This document shows positions 9,619 to 18,410 of a stretch of DNA of 64,000 nucleotides, piece by piece. How positions within the stretch are numbered: position 1 is the stretch's first letter; every line of letters starts with the position of its first letter. The stretch is taken from NCBI GenBank assembly GCA_045644465.1, contig JAZRGV010000006.1, positions 63,339 to 127,338 on the forward strand. The letters are read 5' to 3'. The notes under the pieces are model-generated. The model was not told the origin of the DNA. It did not search any database and worked only from the letters and a program-made list of their open reading frames with translations. The position numbers were made by a program, and so were the translations under genes. This DNA is from Bacteroidaceae bacterium. Lineage in GTDB: Bacteria > Bacteroidota > Bacteroidia > Bacteroidales > Bacteroidaceae.

Positions 9619-12600
9619 TTATTGTTGTACTACTACCTTTTCGCCGTCAACAATATATATGCCGGCCGGTATAACAATTCGGGTTGTTCCTTTTTGGGCA
9701 TTTATGCTACGCACCTTACGTCCATCAACGCTATATATGTCGATTTTCTGTGGCTCGAGTAGTGTAATCGTTATGCACTCTCCGCCTTCAATGAGTGATT
9801 CTGTACTGTTGTGGCTTATACCTGAAGCCTGACTGAATCTTATATCGTGGTCTCCCATACGAAGTTCGTTGTTTTCATTGTCAACAAAATATGCGTTGCT
9901 TATTTTGATGTAACAATTATCTTCGTTGATAATTTCTGTCGATGTTAGAATAAGCTCTATGAGTGCGGCTTCATTTGTTGGCATACATTCGTCATTCTCG
10001 GAATATGCAGTTATGCGGTATGTGTTTGTTCCCTTTTCGACATATGAGAAATTGTGTTCCGATATCGCTTGGCTACTTAAAATGTCTATCAACGATATGC
10101 CTTCGGGCATTGTTATATCAAACTGCATTGCCTTATATTGTTCTTCGTTGTACGACAGCAGATTGAGGGTGGCGTTATGTACATCTCCAATTTGCATAAC
10201 CACATCATCGGAATAGAATTCTCCCAAGCTTTGAGGAGTACTGTGCCAATATGTTGCCGATGGAGCATCGCCCTCTTGTATGAGTGCTGTCACAACGTTG
10301 GCGTCGTCCATATCTATAATTCCGTTCTTGTCGCAGTCAGCTTTTACGGAGTTGAACGATTCGTGAGTGTTTCCATTGAGGTATGCACTGATGAGTGCTG
10401 CATCGTGTATGGTAACTTGATTGTTGCAGTTCACATCTCCCGTAACAGCATATATAATATCTGTAATATCAAATTTTTCGAGGTTCTCATAAATATAGTC
10501 CTTTCTGTCTTTTAACCAATTCTTGAAACGCTCTTTGTCGCTTTCGTCAAAACCATATGAGTTGCCCCAATATGCCGCATTGTTGTTGAAAGAACTTTCA
10601 GCAAAAGTATAATAGCTGTCAATGTAATCAATAAGTTCGTCAATTGAGTTGTTTTCTATAAACTCTTTCCACACCTTGTAATATTGTTTCTTGAAAGAGG
10701 TGTATAATTTAAGGTCTCTAAAGAATGTATATGCCTCAAATGAACTCTTGAATACATTTGCGTTTGTTTGGCCGTAGCAATATTTGTTTCCGCCGTCCTC
10801 GTATCCGAATGCCCAGTCGAAATCCCATATCGGTCCGAACTTTAATTTGGAATCTTCGCTGTTCTCATCTTCCTTAAAAAGGAAAGTGCTCTTTGGATGG
10901 CCTATTTCTTGGTTCAAAGAGAGATCATTTGCAAGGATGAAGCGTGCATATGCATCCATATCGAGTATATTGTCGATATCTTGGCCTTTTGATACAGCTT
11001 TACAAAAGTCATTCATCTGCTGCTTGATTTTCGTGCTACGCGAGTTTGCTGTGCTAAAGTTGTATTCACTTAAGTCGGGCTCTTTTATATTCACAGGCAA
11101 TGAGTAGTAATCGGTTTTAAACTTATATGTCTCGTCGTAGTAGGTGTCAAGTTCCAGGAGGTAACCCATATCTTCATCTATATCTACGCTGTTGTTGGCC
11201 AATCCTACCTTTTCGGTAAACATATAGCTACCCATATATAGTCCGTTCATATAAAGTTCTACCGGTACAATATGGTTGGTGTACTCTGCTTTTGCCATTT
11301 GACCGATTTTCATTGATATTGCATTTGCCATGAGCGAGCCTTTTTGTGCATTTGCAAGTAACACCCAACTCTTGCCTTTGGTAAGCCCGAATGGTTTTAC
11401 CTTTTCGGCAAACTTAAGGCGATATGGCTTCTTGTCTTGTCCCCATGATGTGTTTCCGCGTCCTTTTATTTGTACGGAATCTTCAAAATTATCGTATATG
11501 CCATAACCTGTTATGCGGAATTTGGCATTCAGGTAATAGTCTTTGCTGGTAACGAAATAGCCACCGTCTATGTCAATATCAATTCGTGGAACAGAGTTTG
11601 GTATGTCTGTCAACCAATTAATCTTTACTTTGTACTTGTTGCCGTATGGCATTCGTCTTATCTCATATTTTGCATCTTGTATTTTTTCTGCTTCTCCTGT
11701 ACTCTTTTCTACAACTTTTTTTATGCGTAATTCCGATATGGCAAAGTGATTCTTTGAATACTCTCCTCTCGTCTGTAGAATTTTAATTTTTGAATATTCG
11801 CCCTGTAGGTCTATGCTGCTTGATGTGAACTCCTGGCTGTATCCTCCAGTTGGCATGTTGTCAACAGTGTAGTCTAGAGTCCTTACAAGGTTCCAATCAT
11901 TTCCATCGTTACTTGCATATATCTCCCATACAAGAGGATTGTAACCTTGCTGTGGACGGCATCGGTAATAAATCTGCATCTTGCTTATTGCTTCGGGTAA
12001 ATCAATTGTTATGTAGGTGTTTACATTTACAGTTGCGTTGTTTGCACTTCCCCAAGTAGAGTGGAAAATGGTGTTGGCGTTATTATCGAGAAGGTTCGCC
12101 AAATTCTCGTTCTGTTGTGTAGAGGGTTTGTTAGTATATAGCATGTCTGCGGTGAGTGGCACCTCTGTGACTTCTGTGCTTGTAATCACTTCGCTCCATA
12201 TTTCGTCTTGTGTTTTTATGTTTCTAATGATGTTGTAGCCTGGGTATGTGACATTGTATGTAATAGCATTCTTGAAGCTCTGTCGTGTCTCCTTGCTTAT
12301 TTGCAATACAGTATCGACATAAGCCATAGCCTTGTCATCACTGAGGGTAAAACTTGCTGTCAGCCATTTGCCAATTGCGTTAAGGTTAAATGTCATATTG
12401 TTTGTCACTGTATCGGTAATGGCATCAACATGCAGGTTTGGGTTGTATTTGTTGTTGAACTTGAACGATGTCATTGTAGGCATAATAGGCTTTATGCTTG
12501 AACAACTGTCATACTCCTCTTTATTATAATATATGACATCGCCATTTTTCAATGTGAAGTAGAGCTGTCCGTTCTCGATGTATTGTTCACCATTGAGTGA

Positions 12601-14307
12601 TGAAAGTTCATATATGTCAACATCACCGTTTTTAAGGTAAACGCATACAACTTCTTCTTCAATAGTATCCTCTTCTTCGTCCTCGCCCTCTTCTGGTATT
12701 GTGGTTTCCTTTATTTTGGTATTCTCGAAAAGTTCAATATCTCTTTGAATCTGGCTGTATAATGCCTCGTACTCTTCAACAGTGTGTCTCTGGCTTTTGG
12801 CGTTGACTATTGATGCCTGTATGCCTTCGAGTATGCTTCTTGAACTTGCCGGATATGTGTCCTTGATGTAGTTTGGATATGAAGAGTATATGGCATTTGA
12901 GTGAATAGTGTTTACTTGCTCGCTATAAAAATCGAGTTTGCTTGCAATGTAACTTGACAGTGCAAGGAGTAGTTCCTCTTTCCTGCTATCAATTTCGTCA
13001 AAAGTTGTTGATGTAGAATTCAAGAATGTCAATGTCTCTGTAATCTTGTTGTTGAGCAATACGTCCTCTCCGTTCTTGCAATATTGGTCATAGCTTCCCA
13101 AATAACTTGTAGCCTTAGCGATGGTGCTGCTGAGCATTATCTCTGCAATCTGCTGCATAGTCAAAGCATTCACTTCTAAACTTTCAATATTGGCTTTATA
13201 TATCGACCAATTGAACGCGATAGGTAAAGAGTAGCCTTGAGTGTAGTCGCCGCTTTCAAGATATTGTTTGTGCTCTGGAGTGAAAATCTTCATTTTTGAA
13301 TTGACATTGTCGCGCATTTCAGCTCCTAAGTAGAATGTTATCGGTTGGTTGTTGTATGTACTCTCATAGTGCATCTCAAAGAAGCCGTCATTAATATCTG
13401 AAATATTTACGGCAGCAGCCTCTTCGATGTTGTATGTGCTGTATTGCCATCCGTTGAGTCCGTTGTAGTCTTCATGGGAGTCTTTTATGAATCGGCCCGA
13501 GTGTGGCCAATATATTAGATATTTGCCATTTTTATATGGAATAAGCTGCATTATATGTTTTTCGTTAACCTCGGTATCTCCAATTTCTGCATATTGCATA
13601 TATATGGGACCACTTCCCCAGTATGTTGAACCATTTGCGGCATAGAAACTTTTAAAAGCGTTGCTTTTGAGAATAAAGAATTGTCCATCTTTGGCAAGTT
13701 CGTTTTCATTGGTAACAGTTTCGCCAAGAGATATACCGGTTGCATTTGTGGCTGGCTTATATTGGGTGCCAAGTGTTATGCCCACAACTGTGGGGTCATT
13801 CTTCTCCTCTCCAACACGTGTTGACCATTCGAGGCTGAACGATGAAACTTTTCTTGAAAGCACAAGTTCAATGTAATGGTAGTCGCTGACAGCGGGCGTT
13901 GAGTACATTGAATGGAAATAGCTCTTTATCTCATTGTCGCTCAATGCTGATAGTCCTCCGCCGTCCTGTTGCCAACTCAAACTGTTGTGGTCGGCATTAG
14001 AACTTGCAGTGTATGGAACTTCATTGCCGTTGCCGTCGTACACCTTTAGTTCCGATAGAGCAAACACGGCATTGTTGCCATTGGGCTTTTCGTTTGAGTA
14101 TGTTTCGGCAACAGTTACTCTTATGATATCCAAAGTGCCACCTGGGGTGAATACTTTTGAGTTGAATGTATGGTATAGCTCTCCATAATATGTATTAGCC
14201 TCTCCCGGCAGACCATCTATTGGTTTTATAGTGACTGACCATTCCTGTGATTTTGCATTGGCAAATGACAATATTGAGATACAAAAGAGTAGTAATAGTT
14301 TTTTCAT
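9619..14307 (-). CDS. very large secreted CotH-kinase-domain protein with discoidin-like, dockerin-like and cohesin-like modules and a T9SS C-terminal sorting domain
   Basis: 1562 aa with signal peptide MKKLLLLFCISILSFANA. F5/8-type-C-like segment: NLLDNNANTIFHSTW..WNLV..FAISELRI. CotH core: IKGRGNTSWGQDKKPYRLKF..KSWVLLANAQKGSLMAN..VELYMNGLYMGSYMFTEKV. Dockerin-like double EF-hand: DVNCNNQVTIHDAALI..DCDKNGIIDMDDANVV. Type-A CTD-like tail: IDIYSVDGRKV..GIYIVDGEKVVVQQ. Confidence 0.8.
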   Translation of the reverse strand: MKKLLLLFCISILSFANAKSQEWSVTIKPIDGLPGEANTYYGELYHTFNSKVFTPGGTLDIIRVTVAETYSNEKPNGNNAVFALSELKVYDGNGNEVPYTASSNADHNSLSWQQDGGGLSALSDNEIKSYFHSMYSTPAVSDYHYIELVLSRKVSSFSLEWSTRVGEEKNDPTVVGITLGTQYKPATNATGISLGETVTNENELAKDGQFFILKSNAFKSFYAANGSTYWGSGPIYMQYAEIGDTEVNEKHIMQLIPYKNGKYLIYWPHSGRFIKDSHEDYNGLNGWQYSTYNIEEAAAVNISDINDGFFEMHYESTYNNQPITFYLGAEMRDNVNSKMKIFTPEHKQYLESGDYTQGYSLPIAFNWSIYKANIESLEVNALTMQQIAEIMLSSTIAKATSYLGSYDQYCKNGEDVLLNNKITETLTFLNSTSTTFDEIDSRKEELLLALSSYIASKLDFYSEQVNTIHSNAIYSSYPNYIKDTYPASSRSILEGIQASIVNAKSQRHTVEEYEALYSQIQRDIELFENTKIKETTIPEEGEDEEEDTIEEEVVCVYLKNGDVDIYELSSLNGEQYIENGQLYFTLKNGDVIYYNKEEYDSCSSIKPIMPTMTSFKFNNKYNPNLHVDAITDTVTNNMTFNLNAIGKWLTASFTLSDDKAMAYVDTVLQISKETRQSFKNAITYNVTYPGYNIIRNIKTQDEIWSEVITSTEVTEVPLTADMLYTNKPSTQQNENLANLLDNNANTIFHSTWGSANNATVNVNTYITIDLPEAISKMQIYYRCRPQQGYNPLVWEIYASNDGNDWNLVRTLDYTVDNMPTGGYSQEFTSSSIDLQGEYSKIKILQTRGEYSKNHFAISELRIKKVVEKSTGEAEKIQDAKYEIRRMPYGNKYKVKINWLTDIPNSVPRIDIDIDGGYFVTSKDYYLNAKFRITGYGIYDNFEDSVQIKGRGNTSWGQDKKPYRLKFAEKVKPFGLTKGKSWVLLANAQKGSLMANAISMKIGQMAKAEYTNHIVPVELYMNGLYMGSYMFTEKVGLANNSVDIDEDMGYLLELDTYYDETYKFKTDYYSLPVNIKEPDLSEYNFSTANSRSTKIKQQMNDFCKAVSKGQDIDNILDMDAYARFILANDLSLNQEIGHPKSTFLFKEDENSEDSKLKFGPIWDFDWAFGYEDGGNKYCYGQTNANVFKSSFEAYTFFRDLKLYTSFKKQYYKVWKEFIENNSIDELIDYIDSYYTFAESSFNNNAAYWGNSYGFDESDKERFKNWLKDRKDYIYENLEKFDITDIIYAVTGDVNCNNQVTIHDAALISAYLNGNTHESFNSVKADCDKNGIIDMDDANVVTALIQEGDAPSATYWHSTPQSLGEFYSDDVVMQIGDVHNATLNLLSYNEEQYKAMQFDITMPEGISLIDILSSQAISEHNFSYVEKGTNTYRITAYSENDECMPTNEAALIELILTSTEIINEDNCYIKISNAYFVDNENNELRMGDHDIRFSQASGISHNSTESLIEGGECITITLLEPQKIDIYSVDGRKVRSINAQKGTTRIVIPAGIYIVDGEKVVVQQ

Positions 14308-14515
14308 AATGTTGTGTTTACTGTTTTATTTGTATTCGGTATTGCTTCTTGTTGAAGCGGAATACACATAATATTATACAAAGAAATGAATTTGTTGTCT
14401 TATTTTCAAAAAAAAAAGAGTAATTCTTGTGCTAATAGATGTTTTTACATCTAAATAGTTTAATGTTGCCGATAAAATACTATTTTTGTTTCATTATCAA
14501 CTATGCTGCCCAAAT

Positions 14516-15547
14516 ATGAAAATTGTTATAGACGAAAAGATACCATATTTAAGGGATGCTCTTCAGAATCTCGGGTATGATGTTGTTGCCAAGCCTGGTA
14601 CTTGCATACACCATTCCGATGTAGCCGATGCTGAAGCACTTTTTGTTCGTACACGTACTAAATGCGATGCCGGTTTGCTTGCCGGCTCGTCGGTCCGTTT
14701 TATAGGTACGGCAACAATTGGATTCGATCATATTGATGCTGATTATTGTCGTGAGAACGGCATTGTATGGAAAAGCGCGGCAGGATGTAATGCCGGTGCA
14801 GTGCTTCAGTATGTGCAGTCTGTGATATACGAATGGAATCGCTGTCTGGAGGGGCTTGCTATAGGAGTCGTTGGCGTTGGTGAAATTGGCTCCAGAGTTG
14901 CTGATTGGGCTGCTCAAGTCGGTATGGTTGTTTACAGAAACGATCCGCCCAAGGCAGATAAAGGGGAAAAAGGATATGTTTCGCTTCAAGAGATTGCAGA
15001 GAAATGTGACATTATAACATTTCATCCAACTCTTGAACGCCGCGGTGAATATCCAACTTTTCATTTGGCCGGCAAGGCGTTCTTCGACTCGTTGAAAAGG
15101 TGCAGATTATTGATTAATGCCTCACGTGGAGAGGTTGTGGACAATGTGGCATTGTTTGATGCTGTCAATGAATCAAAGGTTGGTGCCGTAGCTCTTGATG
15201 TGTGGGAAAATGAGCCCCTGATTAATATGCAACTTCTCGAAAAGGCATTTGTTGCAACACCGCACATCGCAGGTTATTCTGCCGAAGGTAAAATGAATGC
15301 AACAAGAATAGTGCTTGCTGCTTTTTTAAACTTCCTTGGATGTGCCGATGATGTGTATATTGAACCTTTACCGGTGCCGAAGAATGATGTCGTAATTGCA
15401 TCATGTGAGCGCGAGGCGTTTTTGTCGCTGTATTCTCCTTTGGCCGACACCGCCATGCTTAAGAATAATCCAAACGATTTTGAGAGCCTAAGAAACAATT
15501 ACAAGTTAAGACGTGAACCCTCTGCGTATAAAATAGTGTTAAAATAA
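14516..15547 (+). CDS. pdxB: 4-phosphoerythronate dehydrogenase (D-2-hydroxyacid dehydrogenase family)
   Basis: Starts MKIVIDEKIPYL at ATG 14516; the track's 14486 is a TTG extension. NAD-binding motif GVVGVGEIGSRV, plus ..INASRGEVVD..PHIAGYS. Confidence 0.8.
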   Translation: MKIVIDEKIPYLRDALQNLGYDVVAKPGTCIHHSDVADAEALFVRTRTKCDAGLLAGSSVRFIGTATIGFDHIDADYCRENGIVWKSAAGCNAGAVLQYVQSVIYEWNRCLEGLAIGVVGVGEIGSRVADWAAQVGMVVYRNDPPKADKGEKGYVSLQEIAEKCDIITFHPTLERRGEYPTFHLAGKAFFDSLKRCRLLINASRGEVVDNVALFDAVNESKVGAVALDVWENEPLINMQLLEKAFVATPHIAGYSAEGKMNATRIVLAAFLNFLGCADDVYIEPLPVPKNDVVIASCEREAFLSLYSPLADTAMLKNNPNDFESLRNNYKLRREPSAYKIVLK

Positions 15548-15621
15548 TGCTGTTTTTTGTGCGTTTTTGCACATTTTGTGTCCTTTTGTGCAAAAGGTAA
15601 TCTAAAAAAAATCTTTCTTTC

Positions 15622-15652
15622 TTTGCAATTCATTATTTTTATCATATTTTTG
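15622..15652 (+). promoter_or_regulatory. Bacteroidota sigma-A type promoter for acpP
   Basis: TTTG (15622-15625), a 19-nt spacer, then TATTTTTG (15645-15652, matching TAnnTTTG). It lies about 38 nt upstream of the acpP ATG. Confidence 0.55.
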
Positions 15653-15689
15653 TAGCGGATAATTTTTAATCTTTTAAAAAATTACAACT

Positions 15690-15932
15690 ATGTCAGAAAT
15701 TGAAGCAAGAGTAAAAGCTATTATTGTTGAGAAATTTGGTGTTTCAGAGTCAGAGGTTACTTCTGATGCTAACTTTACAAATGATTTGAGCGCTGACTCA
15801 TTGGATAGAGTAGAGCTTATTATGGAAATTGAGGACGAGTTCGGTATCTCTATTCCAGAAGATTTGGCTGAGAAAATCTCAACAGTAGGTGATGCTGTAA
15901 AATTTGTAGAGGAGAAGGTTGCTGAGAAATAA
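15690..15932 (+). CDS. acpP: acyl carrier protein
   Basis: 80 aa with the phosphopantetheine attachment motif [20 protein letters not shown]. Confidence 0.95.
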   Translation: MSEIEARVKAIIVEKFGVSESEVTSDANFTNDLSADSLDRVELIMEIEDEFGISIPEDLAEKISTVGDAVKFVEEKVAEK

Positions 15933-15968
15933 TTCTCGTTTCTCCTTTATATCACTAACAATTCTATA

Positions 15969-17231
15969 ATGAAATTAAGAAGAGTTGTTGTAACAGGTCT
16001 TGGTGCCGTTTCGCCAATTGGTAACGATGTTCCTACTTTGTGGGAAAATGCGGTTAATGGTGTAAGTGGCGCAGGACCTATTACTCGTTTTGACTCATAC
16101 CTTTTTAAGACACAATTCGCTTGTGAGGTGAAAGGTTGGGATCCAACCTTATGTATGGATCGTCGTGAGGTTCGTAAGGTTGACGTGCACACCCAATTTG
16201 GTGTTGCAGCGGCTGTTGAGGCTGTTAATGATAGTGGATTGCAATTCGAGCAAGAAGATTGCAATCGTATCGGAGTTATATATGGTGAAGGTGTTGGAGG
16301 TTTGATCGCACTTGAAGATGAAGTTTGTGAGTATGCTCTAAACAAAGAGAATGGTCCTCGCTTCTCTCCTTTCCTCATTCCTAAAATTATAACCGACATA
16401 ACATCTGGTGTAATATCTATACGTTACGGTCTTAAAGGTCCAAATTATGCAACAACTTCAGCATGTGCCTCTTCGACTAATGCTATTATAGAGTCGTATG
16501 ATCAGATACGTCTGGGAAGGGCTGATGTAATTGTTGCCGGTGGTGCCGAAGCTGCTATATGTCAGCTTGGTGTCGGAGGTTTCAACTCTATGCATGCATT
16601 GTCGTTGCGTAATGACGATCCTAAAGGTGCATCACGACCTTTCAGTAAAAGTCGTGACGGTTTTGTGGTTGGTGAAGGTGCGGCTTGCCTCATTCTTGAA
16701 GAGTATGAGCATGCTATTGCCCGTGGTGCAAAGATATATGCCGAGATTGTGGGAACCGGTCTCACAGCCGATGCCTATCATATAACTTTACCACATCCCG
16801 ACGGAGAAGGTGCATATCGTGTGATGAAAGCTGCTCTTGATGAAGCAGGTCTTTCGCCCGAAGATGTCGATTATATTAATGTTCATGGAACATCTACACC
16901 GGCTGGTGATATTGTAGAGGCTAAAGCAATTAAAAACCTCTTTGGCGAGCATGCCTATAAGTTGAATATAAGTTCAACAAAATCTATGACAGGCCATCTA
17001 CTTGGCGCTGCAGGTGCTCTTGAGGCATTGTTGACTGTTCTTGCAATCAAAAATGATATTGTGCCGCCAACAATTAATCATGCTGATGGAGATGAAGATC
17101 CTAACATTGATTATGGAATGAACTTTACTTTCAATAAGGCGCAAAAAAGAACTGTTAACGTTGCTATCTCTAATACATTTGGTTTTGGTGGACACAACGC
17201 AAGCATAGCTTTTAAGAAATTTGAAGGTTAA
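15969..17231 (+). CDS. fabF: beta-ketoacyl-ACP synthase II
   Basis: 420 aa. RRVVVTGLGAVSPIGN, active-site region ATTSACASS, HGTSTP, and C-terminal NTFGFGGHNASIAF. Confidence 0.95.
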   Translation: MKLRRVVVTGLGAVSPIGNDVPTLWENAVNGVSGAGPITRFDSYLFKTQFACEVKGWDPTLCMDRREVRKVDVHTQFGVAAAVEAVNDSGLQFEQEDCNRIGVIYGEGVGGLIALEDEVCEYALNKENGPRFSPFLIPKIITDITSGVISIRYGLKGPNYATTSACASSTNAIIESYDQIRLGRADVIVAGGAEAAICQLGVGGFNSMHALSLRNDDPKGASRPFSKSRDGFVVGEGAACLILEEYEHAIARGAKIYAEIVGTGLTADAYHITLPHPDGEGAYRVMKAALDEAGLSPEDVDYINVHGTSTPAGDIVEAKAIKNLFGEHAYKLNISSTKSMTGHLLGAAGALEALLTVLAIKNDIVPPTINHADGDEDPNIDYGMNFTFNKAQKRTVNVAISNTFGFGGHNASIAFKKFEG

Positions 17232-17958
17232 TAGAATTTTTAGAAAAGCAATAGACAAGATAAGACTTCTGTCCCACAAGGATAGGGAGTCTTATCTGTT
17301 GTTGTATTCAATATTGGGCTATGTGCCAAACGACATCTTGCTCTATCGTATGGCAATGACACATAGCTCCGCTTCTTCCTCGGGTAACAAAAAGCTTGGT
17401 TGCAATGAGCGTCTGGAATTTTTGGGTGACGCCGTGTTGAGTTCTGTTATTTCCGATTACTTATATTCAAATTTTTCCAAGGAGCGTGAGGGCTTCCTGT
17501 CAAAATCGCGTAGCAATCTTGTTTGTCGTGAGACTTTGAATGAACTTGCCCTGGAGATAGGCATTGACCGATTTCTCGAAGCTTGCGGTTTGCCGCATCA
17601 ACATAATCATTATGTGTTTGGTAATGCCCTGGAGGCATTGATTGGTGCCATATATATAGATAAGGGTTATAAGCAGTGTCGTCGTTTTCTTCTTGATAGA
17701 GTCTTTTCCCGTCATCTTGATTTGGAATCGCTTGTAAGGGCCGACAAGAATCATAAAAGCCGTCTTATAGAATGGACACAAAAAAATCACAAGCCTATTG
17801 AGTTTAAGCTTGTGAGTGAGGAATTGCGTAAGGAGGGTGCTTTCTTTGTAAGCGAGGTCTATATCGATAATCTCCTTTATGGCGTCGGTGATGGTTTCTC
17901 AAAGCGTGAAAGTCAGCAGAAAGCGGCTCGTCAGGCCTTGTCAAAGCTGGGTTTATAA
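17221..17958 (+). CDS. rnc: ribonuclease III
   Basis: Signature NERLEFLGDAVL, a dsRBD at the C-terminus, and the conserved acpP-fabF-rnc order. The only in-frame start that preserves the conserved N-terminus (IDKIRLL) is TTG 17221, which overlaps the fabF stop. Confidence 0.85.
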   Translation: MKVNRIFRKAIDKIRLLSHKDRESYLLLYSILGYVPNDILLYRMAMTHSSASSSGNKKLGCNERLEFLGDAVLSSVISDYLYSNFSKEREGFLSKSRSNLVCRETLNELALEIGIDRFLEACGLPHQHNHYVFGNALEALIGAIYIDKGYKQCRRFLLDRVFSRHLDLESLVRADKNHKSRLIEWTQKNHKPIEFKLVSEELRKEGAFFVSEVYIDNLLYGVGDGFSKRESQQKAARQALSKLGL

Positions 17959-17959
17959 T

Positions 17960-18328
17960 TTATCTTCTACTCTTTATTGTTACTGCAGCCTTTAATCTGT
18001 CGCCACCCATTGGTGGTGTCTCCTTGCATAATGTTATTTCAATCTGTTCTATCTGTGTAAATGCGGAGTATAAGCTACAGCTTATTCTTTTACATACATG
18101 CTCTAACAAGTTCGATGGCTCTTTCATCTCTGTACAGATAATATCATAGATGTCGGCGTAGCTCACAGTTTGGACTATAGAATCATTGTCGGCGCAACTG
18201 CAGTCGTTCATTGTAAGCTTTATATCTATGATGAACCAGGCACCCACCTCTCTCTCTTGAGGCATTACGCCATGATGGGCATAGATGTGGATGTTGTTTA
18301 ATTTTATGTTATATTCAGAGATATGCAT
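17960..18328 (-). CDS. folB: dihydroneopterin aldolase
   Basis: 122 aa. IHIYAHHGVMPQEREVGAWFIIDIKL is typical of FolB. The stop lies 1 nt from the convergent rnc stop. Confidence 0.8.
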   Translation of the reverse strand: MHISEYNIKLNNIHIYAHHGVMPQEREVGAWFIIDIKLTMNDCSCADNDSIVQTVSYADIYDIICTEMKEPSNLLEHVCKRISCSLYSAFTQIEQIEITLCKETPPMGGDRLKAAVTIKSRR

Positions 18329-18410
18329 ATCGCTTTTTTTTGAAATCCGATGAAGCAGCTTTTGGCCACTCCATCGGAGAAATTATTATAAAGTTACGAA
18401 GGTGCTCTTT

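Noticed and set aside
15548-15600. Three TTTTGTG copies and small palindromes (gtgc..gcac, cctttt gtgc aaaagg) between pdxB and the acpP promoter, as operator repeats
   Set aside because: The motifs are very short, T-rich and low-complexity, so chance recurrence is likely. At most this is a weak pdxB terminator.
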